Assembly: GCA_048270425.1 (NCBI GenBank)
Contig: JBLWSY010000007.1
Coordinates: 63,442-127,441, forward strand
Length of the DNA stretch: 64,000 bases
Direction: 5' to 3'
From: Oceanospirillum sp.
GTDB lineage: Bacteria; Pseudomonadota; Gammaproteobacteria; Pseudomonadales; Halomonadaceae
Part shown: in pieces, positions 44,266 to 52,243 of the stretch
Layout of the letters: each line of letters opens with the position of its first letter
Numbering within the stretch: the first letter of the stretch is position 1
Notes under the pieces: model-generated
Database searches by the model: none
Told to the model about the DNA's origin: nothing
What the model saw: the letters and a program-made list of their open reading frames with translations, nothing else
Translations under genes and position numbers: made by a program

Positions 44266-44517
44266 ATGAGTCAGGTGTTAAACCTTTACACCACGCTGGG
44301 CTGTCATCTGTGCGAGCAGGCGCTGGCGATTGTACATCCGTTAGTGGCAGAAAAAGGCATTGAGCTTAAGCTGGTTGAGATCAGCGAGTCAGAAGCTCTG
44401 GTGGAAAAATACGGTATCCGTATTCCTGTGATTCGTCTTGAAGATCGGGAGGAAGAGTTAGGCTGGCCATTTGATGGCCTGGCGGCAGAAGCTTATCTTG
44501 AGCTGGCAGATAGCTGA
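44266..44517 (+). CDS. Glutaredoxin-like family protein (DUF836 type)
   Basis: LYTTLGCHLCEQA ... YG.RIPV has a thioredoxin-fold CxxC pattern. Confidence 0.7.
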   Translation: MSQVLNLYTTLGCHLCEQALAIVHPLVAEKGIELKLVEISESEALVEKYGIRIPVIRLEDREEELGWPFDGLAAEAYLELADS

Positions 44518-44572
44518 TCTTAAGACGATTAGGCTTCAGACGGCAGGTGTTTAGAAGGCCCGCGGGGCTATT

Positions 44573-44860
44573 TTAGCCGGTGGGCAGTTCGCCGGCTTTC
44601 ATCAGGTCTGAGAACAGATCCGCAGCTTCTTCACTGTCATCCAGCTGCAGTACACGCTTCATACCCCGGCTCTCCTGAACGGTGCCAATGCTTTCCATCA
44701 GGGTGACGGCCTCATCATAAGACTCCATCAGAGAATGGGTCAGTCCACCAAATTGAGTACCAATCTGTCCCCAGGCTTTGGTTAAAAGCCAGTCGCCGAA
44801 CATATCCTGATGGATATGAACCAGACAGTAATCATGTTCGTTTTGCCAGCGAACAATCAC
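44573..44860 (-). CDS. Stand-alone WGR-domain protein (95 aa)
   Basis: It has the W...DMFGDW.L...WGQIGTQ.G signature of the WGR domain. Confidence 0.7.
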   Translation of the reverse strand: MIVRWQNEHDYCLVHIHQDMFGDWLLTKAWGQIGTQFGGLTHSLMESYDEAVTLMESIGTVQESRGMKRVLQLDDSEEAADLFSDLMKAGELPTG

Positions 44861-45123
44861 TTGTGCAACTCCTGCGGACTGATATGATTCCCAACTACTT
44901 CTTCAGCTCTTTTATAGTCTGAAGGTAGTCCCTGTAACTACCATTTAGATTGTACCAGTTAGTATCGGATTTAAGCAGATACATGGTCTTTAAAAAGCCA
45001 TTTACGACCAGTGGCAGGAATTGAGCCTGAATCCTACGCATTTGTAAAGTGTTGATATGAAAAGCCCTTTCCATCGCTGAATCATCTTCAGTATTCGGGC
45101 TGAACAAGAACAGAGGAAAGCTG

Positions 45124-46287
45124 ATGCACATTATTGCCGATGAAAATATCCCCCTTGTTCAGGAGTTTTTCTCCGAACTGGGAACGATTGAAACCCTGCC
45201 GGGGCGCTCCATGACCCGGGAGCAGATTCAAAAGGCCGATGTGCTGCTTGTGCGTTCGATCACCAATGTTAATCAGGAACTGCTGGAAGGCACCAAGGTA
45301 CGTTTTGTGGCGACCGCCACCATCGGTTGTGATCATATTGATCAGGAATATCTGGCGGCCAATAATATTGGTTTTGCCAATGCCCCCGGCTGTAATGCGA
45401 ATTCGGTTGTGGAATATGTGCTGAGCGTACTTTCTCTGTTGTCCGATCAGGAAGACTTTATCCTGAAGGAAAAAACCATCGGTATTATCGGCGCGGGTAA
45501 TGTCGGTGGACGTCTGAAAGAGCGACTGCAGGAAATCGGCATCAACGTATTGGTAAATGACCCGCCACGAGCTGAAGCGGAAGGTGAAGAAGGCTTTGTC
45601 GAGCTGGATGATCTGCTGGAACAGGCGGACATTATCAGCATGCATACCCCGCTGATTAAACAGGGACCTCATCCGACCCTGCACCTGCTGAATGAAGCCC
45701 GCATTAACAAGCTGAAACCGGATACTGTGTTGATCAACAGTGGCCGTGGCGCTGCGATTGATACTCAGGCACTGAAAGCCCGCCTGCAGGAGCAGTGTGA
45801 TCTGTACACGGTTCTGGATGTCTGGGAATCAGAACCGAATATTGACCATGAACTGCTGGAGCTTGTGGATGTGGGAACACCTCACATCGCTGGTTACAGT
45901 CTTGATGGTAAACTTGGCGGCACCGAGATGGTGTATCTGTCGGTTTGTCAGTACTTCGGTCTGCCGGCCCGTAAAAAGCTGGGGCAGCTGATTCCTGAGC
46001 CACCACTGCGCAAGCTCTCCTTCTCCAGTCAGGCCCATCGCTGGCAATCGACGCTGACGGCGATTCGCGCCTGCTATGATGTTCGCAACGATGATATGGC
46101 GATGCGTCGCGCCTTTGCCAAAGCCCACAAGAAAGGAATTACCTTGGGTAAAGCTTTTGATGAATTGCGCCGAACGTATCCGGTACGTCGTGAGTTTCAT
46201 ACCCTGAAGGTACAGCTCAAAACCAGCCAGAAGAAGCTGGGTGATCAGTTAGAGAAATTTGGTTTTTCGGTACGCTTAGGAAAGTAA
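45124..46287 (+). CDS. pdxB: 4-phosphoerythronate dehydrogenase
   Basis: It has the N-terminus MHIIADENIPL..FF, the NAD motif GIIGAGNVGG, and the PdxB-specific C-terminal dimerisation domain. Confidence 0.9.
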   Translation: MHIIADENIPLVQEFFSELGTIETLPGRSMTREQIQKADVLLVRSITNVNQELLEGTKVRFVATATIGCDHIDQEYLAANNIGFANAPGCNANSVVEYVLSVLSLLSDQEDFILKEKTIGIIGAGNVGGRLKERLQEIGINVLVNDPPRAEAEGEEGFVELDDLLEQADIISMHTPLIKQGPHPTLHLLNEARINKLKPDTVLINSGRGAAIDTQALKARLQEQCDLYTVLDVWESEPNIDHELLELVDVGTPHIAGYSLDGKLGGTEMVYLSVCQYFGLPARKKLGQLIPEPPLRKLSFSSQAHRWQSTLTAIRACYDVRNDDMAMRRAFAKAHKKGITLGKAFDELRRTYPVRREFHTLKVQLKTSQKKLGDQLEKFGFSVRLGK

Positions 46288-46348
46288 TCTGACTAATTGA
46301 TCAAAAAATTAATTATTGTTCTAACTTTTTGTTTTCCAAGATTAAACC

Positions 46349-46380
46349 AAAAACACCCGGCCAGAGCCGGGTGTTTTCGT
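46349..46380 (+). terminator. Rho-independent terminator after pdxB
   Basis: The sequence is AAAACACCCGG-ccagag-CCGGGTGTTTTCGTTT. Confidence 0.85.
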
Positions 46381-46758
46381 TTGTAGTGTTTAAAGTTTAA
46401 TCTGGCGGAATCCCTTCTGTTTCCTAAAGTACTTACTGTTTGATCTGGCTCGATTTTTGTTTTTTTGTTGGCTTTACGATCGATAAAATCCCATTTGTTA
46501 GAGTTTTTCAGCTGTTTTTCGTCGCTTGACGTATCGTGTCTGACTTCGCTAGTTTAAATAGACAGACGATAAATCTGTCTCAGAACTAACGGGAAGACGC
46601 GTTCAGAGCTTCCCCTGCAGGTTTATCTTGTTCAGTCTTCTGAGTGTTTTTGATCCATAGAGTTGTATGCTTATTTGTCCTATTAAGGTAAGTGTTGGAT
46701 CTAAAGCGCTCAGGCCAATTCTGCTGCCCTCGCGGGCGGTGTCGGAAGATGGAGCGAC

Positions 46759-47787
46759 ATGATGTCAGTTACTAGTCAGTTAAAGAAAATTGCAGGTCTT
46801 TCCTGTGTCGCCGCAGCACTTGCAACGGCAGCCGGAACTGCGCAGGCGGATACGTGGCGTTATGCCCACGAAGAGTACAAAGGGGATGTACAGGATGTGT
46901 ACGCCCATAAGTTTAAAGAGTACATCGAGGATAACTCAGAGCATACGCTGAAGATTTATCGTTTTGGCGAACTGGGCGAGTCTGACGATATTATGGAACA
47001 GACTCAGGCGGGTATCCTGCAGTTTGTAAACCAGTCCCCTGGCTTTACCGGTTCTCTGATTCCGGAAGCGCAAATCTTCTTTATCCCTTACCTGCTGCCA
47101 ACTGATATGGAAACAGTGGTTAAGTTCTTCCGTGAGAGTAAAGCGATCAATGAAGACTTTACCAAGCTCTACGCGGATAAGGGTCTTGAACTGCTCAAAA
47201 TGTACCCTGAAGGTGAAATGGTTGTGACGGCGGATGAGCCGGTAACCAACCCGCAGGACTTTAAGGGTAAGAAGATCCGTGTGATGACCAACCCTCTGCT
47301 TTCTGCAACCTATGAAGCCTTTGGTGCAACACCAACGCCTTTACCTTGGGGCGAAGTGTATGGTGCACTGCAGACCAATATGATTCAGGGTCAGGAAAAC
47401 CCCATTTTCTGGATTGAATCCGGTGGTCTTTATGAAGTGTCGCCAAACCTGATCTTCACCGGTCACGGTTGGTTTACAACGGCTTCTATGGCTAACAAAG
47501 ACTTCTTTGATGGTCTGTCCGGTAAAGATCAGAAGATGATTCGTGATGCTGCAGAATATGCCTTCAATGAAACCATCGAGCACATTGATGGTCTTGCTGA
47601 ACGCTCTCTGGACAAGATTGTTAAGAGCAGCGACAAGGTAACTGTGACCCGTCTTAACGATCGCCAGATCAAGAAGTTTAAAGCCCGTTCTCCGAAGGTG
47701 GAAAAAACCTTTATCGAGATGACTGGTAAAGATGGCAAGAAGCTTCTTAAGCAGTTCAAAGCTGATCTGAAAGCAGTTTCCAAGTAA
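46759..47787 (+). CDS. TRAP transporter substrate-binding protein (DctP type)
   Basis: It has a signal peptide (..AAGTAQA) and DctP-family length and pattern. It is the first gene of a P-Q-M operon. Confidence 0.85.
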   Translation: MMSVTSQLKKIAGLSCVAAALATAAGTAQADTWRYAHEEYKGDVQDVYAHKFKEYIEDNSEHTLKIYRFGELGESDDIMEQTQAGILQFVNQSPGFTGSLIPEAQIFFIPYLLPTDMETVVKFFRESKAINEDFTKLYADKGLELLKMYPEGEMVVTADEPVTNPQDFKGKKIRVMTNPLLSATYEAFGATPTPLPWGEVYGALQTNMIQGQENPIFWIESGGLYEVSPNLIFTGHGWFTTASMANKDFFDGLSGKDQKMIRDAAEYAFNETIEHIDGLAERSLDKIVKSSDKVTVTRLNDRQIKKFKARSPKVEKTFIEMTGKDGKKLLKQFKADLKAVSK

Positions 47788-47898
47788 GCACTTCTCTGTA
47801 TCCGATCCAGTGATACTGATGTCCGGGAGATCTGATCTCCGGATCTCCCGGGCCTATATTAACGGCAACACAGTTTGCCGCTGCATGGGCGAAATGCC

Positions 47899-48474
47899 AT
47901 GACGGATTCTGAAAATCTAACATACCACTCCGAACTCCCTGGCCTGCTGGGCAAAATCGATAATCTGATCAGCAAGGTTGAAGCTTTTATGTTGGCAGCC
48001 GGTGTACTGCTGATGGCTCTCAATACCTGCGTTAATGTCGTAGCCCGTTTCGGTTTTGGTCAGGGTCTTTTTTTCGCCGGTGAAATTAACCGGATTCTGA
48101 TCATTCTTATTACGTTTGCTGGTATTGGTTATGCAGCCCGACAGGGTCGTCATATCCGAATGTCAGCGATTTACGACTCCCTGCCGCCTAAGACCCGAAA
48201 GTGGGCCATGGTTCTGATCTCTCTGGTGACCTCTCTGATCATGTTCCTGCTGACCTGGCTTTCTTATGAATACGTTGCCGATGTGTTTAATCGTGGTCGT
48301 ATTCTGCCTGCACTGGGTTTCCCGATCTGGTGGATCTACATTTGGGTGCCGATGGGATTTGCGATTACCGGCGTTCAGTACTTTTTAACCGTCATTAAGA
48401 ATCTCACCAGTAAAGATATCTATCTGTCGACCGGTGTGCTGGATGGTTATTCCGATGATGAATCTGAAGTCTGA
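47899..48474 (+). CDS. TRAP transporter small permease (DctQ type)
   Basis: It has four TM segments. The ATG at 47899 is preferred over the TTG at 47875. Confidence 0.8.
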   Translation: MTDSENLTYHSELPGLLGKIDNLISKVEAFMLAAGVLLMALNTCVNVVARFGFGQGLFFAGEINRILIILITFAGIGYAARQGRHIRMSAIYDSLPPKTRKWAMVLISLVTSLIMFLLTWLSYEYVADVFNRGRILPALGFPIWWIYIWVPMGFAITGVQYFLTVIKNLTSKDIYLSTGVLDGYSDDESEV

Positions 48475-48532
48475 TCTGTTTGCGTCTGATGGAATTTGGC
48501 TTCATATAAAAAAAATTGCATAAGGATTGATC

Positions 48533-49819
48533 ATGGCTACCACCTTAATGCTGATAATGATCGTGCTGCTTCTGCTCGGTTTCCCAATGATGATCCCTCT
48601 GATCACCGCTGCATTGACCGGTTTCTACATGATGTTTGGCGGTTTCGGGCAGATGGATACTTTTGTGCAGCAGGTATTGGGCGGTATTCGCCCGGCTTCG
48701 CTGATTGCTGTTCCCATGTTTATTCTTGCTGCCGATATTATGACCCGAGGTCAGTCTGCTAACCGTCTGATCGATATGGTGATGACCTTTATTGGTCATA
48801 TTCGGGGCGGACTTGCCATCAGTACAGCGACTTCATGTACGCTTTTTGGCGCGGTATCGGGATCGACTCAGGCAACGGTTGTTGCTGTTGGCTCGGCATT
48901 GCGGCCTAAGTTGTTGAAGGCTGGCTATTCTGATTCATTTTCTCTGGCGCTGATTATCAATGCCAGTGATATCGCATTTCTGATTCCACCCAGTATCGGC
49001 ATGATTATCTATGGTGTGATCTCTGAGACCTCGATTGCAGAACTCTTTATTGCCGGTATTGGGCCGGGATTGATGATTCTGTTCCTGTTTTCGATTTATT
49101 GTCTGATCTATGCCACGGTTCATAATGTGCCAACGGAAGAGAAGGCAAGCTGGTCTGAGCGTTTGAAAGCAACCCGGATGGCGGTTTGGCCGTTGATGTT
49201 TCCGGTCATCATTGTCGGTGGTATCTATGGTGGTGTTTTCAGCCCGACGGAAGCCGCTGCAGTCTGTGTGCTCTATGCGGTGATTCTGGAGTTTGGTGTT
49301 TTCCGCTCGTTGAGCAGTCGTGATATTTACACTATTGCTAAATCAACCGGCCTGATTACTGCAGTTGTCTTTATTCTGGTGGGCGTGGGGAATGGCTTCT
49401 CCTGGATTATTTCCTTTGCTCAAATTCCGCAAACTATTCTGGATGCTGTTGGCATTAACGAGATGGGGCCGATAGGGGTTCTGGTGGCGATCTCTGTTGC
49501 TTTCTTTATTGCCTGCATGTTTGTTGACCCTATTGTAGTAATTCTGGTTCTGACGCCGATTTTTGCTCCTGCTATTGAGGCAACAGGGCTTGATCCGGTT
49601 CATGTTGGTATCATTATTACGCTGCAGGTCGCTATCGGTTCGGCCACCCCCCCCTTTGGTTGCGATATTTTTACCGCTATTGCGATTTTTAAGAAGCCTT
49701 ATTGGGAAGTGGTACGAGGCACAGGGCCGTTTATCGCCATTCTGCTTCTTTCTGCTGGTTTGTTGGTGGCCTTTCCTGACATCGCACTTTTCCTTCGGGA
49801 TGTGGCTTTCAGTGACTGA
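48533..49819 (+). CDS. TRAP transporter large permease (DctM type)
   Basis: It has about 12 TM segments. A TAAGGA SD lies 6 nt before the ATG at 48533. Confidence 0.9.
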   Translation: MATTLMLIMIVLLLLGFPMMIPLITAALTGFYMMFGGFGQMDTFVQQVLGGIRPASLIAVPMFILAADIMTRGQSANRLIDMVMTFIGHIRGGLAISTATSCTLFGAVSGSTQATVVAVGSALRPKLLKAGYSDSFSLALIINASDIAFLIPPSIGMIIYGVISETSIAELFIAGIGPGLMILFLFSIYCLIYATVHNVPTEEKASWSERLKATRMAVWPLMFPVIIVGGIYGGVFSPTEAAAVCVLYAVILEFGVFRSLSSRDIYTIAKSTGLITAVVFILVGVGNGFSWIISFAQIPQTILDAVGINEMGPIGVLVAISVAFFIACMFVDPIVVILVLTPIFAPAIEATGLDPVHVGIIITLQVAIGSATPPFGCDIFTAIAIFKKPYWEVVRGTGPFIAILLLSAGLLVAFPDIALFLRDVAFSD

Positions 49820-49840
49820 AACTTGGTGTAAGGAGCTCTC

Positions 49841-50293
49841 ATGTTTAAAAGAATTTTAGTGGCGGTGGATGGTTCGGTCACCGCTCTTGATGCGCTTGAT
49901 AAGGCAATTGAGTTACAGGGACTAACCAAGCAGCAGGAAACGGAAGCTGAGATTTATCTGCTGTGTGTCTACAAACATCACAGTTTGTTTGAGGCTTCTC
50001 TGTCTATGGTTCGTCCTGAAGATATGCAGATACCGGATCAGGCTTTGACAGAGTACGCCCGTGATGTGGTGGATCAGGCAAAGAAGCATGCGCTGAAACA
50101 AGGGGTAACCTGTCGGGGATTTGTTAAAGGTGGCCGCCCATCCAAGACCATTGTTGCCTTTGCAAAAAGTAAAGAGGTTGATCTGATTGTGATGGGCTCA
50201 AAGGGAACACATACCGACGTTGATGGTATGTTTCTGGGCAGTGTGTCTCAGCGGGTTGCTGCCCACGCCAAGTGTCCGGTAATGATCGTATAA
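49841..50293 (+). CDS. Universal stress protein (UspA family)
   Basis: MFKRILVAVDGS....A ... DLIVMGSKG........GSVS..V...A.CPV.IV is the UspA pattern. The start lies 21 nt after dctM. Confidence 0.9.
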   Translation: MFKRILVAVDGSVTALDALDKAIELQGLTKQQETEAEIYLLCVYKHHSLFEASLSMVRPEDMQIPDQALTEYARDVVDQAKKHALKQGVTCRGFVKGGRPSKTIVAFAKSKEVDLIVMGSKGTHTDVDGMFLGSVSQRVAAHAKCPVMIV

Positions 50294-50350
50294 CGGAATC
50301 CTGAACTGCGCAGGTCGCTGTTGTTTTAAAGAACAATCGTTTCAGGGATT

Positions 50351-50389
50351 AAAAAGGCTGATCCGGCTTTAAGCCAGATCAGCCTTTTT
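50351..50389. terminator. Bidirectional rho-independent terminator
   Basis: The sequence is AAAAGGCTGATC-N13-GATCAGCCTTTTT. Confidence 0.8.
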
Positions 50390-50486
50390 CGGTGAAGTCG
50401 TTATTGTGGGGCTAAGTCGATACTCTTGTGGTCAAGTCATTGCTGTTCTGGTTATCTCTGTTGCTGGAAGGCTGCCTGTTCAGTCC

Positions 50487-52241
50487 TTAGCTGTTGATCG
50501 CCTTCAGGTACTGAACCAGTGCTTTACCGGCTAATGGCGGAGAGTAGTAATAACCCTGAATTAACTCGCAGTTTAAGGTCCTGAGAATCTCCAGTTGGGC
50601 TTCATTTTCAACCCCTTCCGCTACGGTGATAAAGCCAAAGTTATTGCATAGCTGCATTACCGTTTCCACCAGCTTTTTATCTTTGGTGTTTTCGTGCATA
50701 TCTTTGATGAAGGCCCGGTCAATCTTAAGCACAGAAACCGGCATATCTTTCAGATAAGCCATGGAGGAGTAGCCGGTGCCAAAGTCATCAATGGCAATTG
50801 AAAGACCCGCATCGGCAAGCTGTCGAAGCTGGTAGAGCGCTTCAGCCATATCATCCATTAATCCGGACTCTGTAACTTCAATCTCAAGAGATGATGCAGG
50901 GAGGTTATACTGATCAAGAATTCTCAGGCAGGTTTCGGCAAAGTCCTGCTGGGTTAGCTGTTGACTTGCAACGTTAACCGCCAGAATAAAGTTTTCTGGT
51001 ACCTGTTTTTGATCACGCCATTGCTTTAATTGCCGGCAACTGGCATCCAGAACCCAGTGTCCGATATCAATAATCTGGCCCGTTTTTTCTGCAAGCGGAA
51101 TAAATTCCACTGGTGAAATGCGGCCCAGAGTAGGGTGAGACCAGCGTAAAAGGGCTTCTGCCCCCAGACATTTTTCGCTACTCAGACTGATTTTAGGCTG
51201 GAAATAAAGCTCCAGTTCTTCACGCTCGGCGGCATGATTCATTGCTTCCTGCAGGCTCAATTTGTGTTTGAGTTGAGATTCCAGCTCTGGAGTGTAATCG
51301 CGCCAGCTGTTAGGCGTTTCCGGTACGGCCAGAGCGGCAAGACGGATCAGGTTTTCCGCTGTCCGGCCCTGGCCGGAAGCGCTGATTCCTGCGCGGGCGT
51401 CCAGGCGTAAGCGAAATTCCTGATAGTCGATCGGTTGTCGAATGGTATCGAGCAAAGGCAAAACGTGGTCAGCAAGCTGATCACAGGAAAGCTGTTCAGG
51501 CAGTTGGTTACGCCGGACCAATACCCATTCTGTACTGCTCCACAACCCGATAATATCACCTTCCCGGTGATGTTTAAGGGCGCGATCTCTTAAGGCAAGT
51601 GCCAGATTTTCGGCAACCTCAAGACCGTGTAAACGCGCCATGGCATCAAGTCCGTCAACGGCGAAAAAATAGATCAACAGCTGCTGGTTCTGATCGATCT
51701 GTTCCTGTAGCTGACTCAGTAATCCTGTTCGATTTGGCAGGCCGGTTAAAGGATCTTCAACGGCCATTCGTTTCAGTTCACGGGTTCGTTCAGCAACAAG
51801 GGATTCCAGTTCGTCCGCACGGAACATCTGTTGCTGCAGCTTGAGGTGTTCCTGCAGGATATTTTCTAAGCGCCGAAGTACTTCGCGGTTATCAAAGGGT
51901 TTGGTCAGAAAATCACGGGCTCCAAGTTCGAGGGCCTGATACCGGGTTGCCTGGTCGGTATTCGCGGTCAGGATAATGACGGCGGGCAGGTTGTCGCCCA
52001 GCTTTTCCCGGAGCTGTTCCAGCAGTTCCAGGCCGGAAATATGCGGCATGCGTATGTCGAGAAAGATCAGATCAGGGCACTGTCTGCTCACTCTGGGCAT
52101 CAGCTGGCGCGGGTCGGTCATGCATTCGACACAGGTGAAACCTTCATCTTCCAGCAGGCTGGCCAGAAGGTCGACGTTCACGGCGTTGTCATCAAGAATC
52201 AGAATGTCGGCTTCGGTATTTAATGAGCTTTGGCTATCCAT
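50487..52241 (-). CDS. Response regulator with REC, a degenerate GGDEF domain and an EAL phosphodiesterase domain
   Basis: REC is shown by DLIFLDIRMP. The GGDEF position reads LWSSTEW, so it is degenerate. The EAL motifs EALLRW and DDFGTGYSS are intact. Confidence 0.9.
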   Translation of the reverse strand: MDSQSSLNTEADILILDDNAVNVDLLASLLEDEGFTCVECMTDPRQLMPRVSRQCPDLIFLDIRMPHISGLELLEQLREKLGDNLPAVIILTANTDQATRYQALELGARDFLTKPFDNREVLRRLENILQEHLKLQQQMFRADELESLVAERTRELKRMAVEDPLTGLPNRTGLLSQLQEQIDQNQQLLIYFFAVDGLDAMARLHGLEVAENLALALRDRALKHHREGDIIGLWSSTEWVLVRRNQLPEQLSCDQLADHVLPLLDTIRQPIDYQEFRLRLDARAGISASGQGRTAENLIRLAALAVPETPNSWRDYTPELESQLKHKLSLQEAMNHAAEREELELYFQPKISLSSEKCLGAEALLRWSHPTLGRISPVEFIPLAEKTGQIIDIGHWVLDASCRQLKQWRDQKQVPENFILAVNVASQQLTQQDFAETCLRILDQYNLPASSLEIEVTESGLMDDMAEALYQLRQLADAGLSIAIDDFGTGYSSMAYLKDMPVSVLKIDRAFIKDMHENTKDKKLVETVMQLCNNFGFITVAEGVENEAQLEILRTLNCELIQGYYYSPPLAGKALVQYLKAINS

Positions 52242-52243
52242 AT

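Noticed and set aside
44895-45131. A 78-aa (or 59-aa from MERAF) ORF upstream of the WGR gene, overlapping the pdxB start.
   Set aside because: It has no convincing SD. The longest form overlaps the pdxB initiation region on the opposite strand. AT-rich promoter DNA easily yields such frames. I mention it only as a possibility in a finding.
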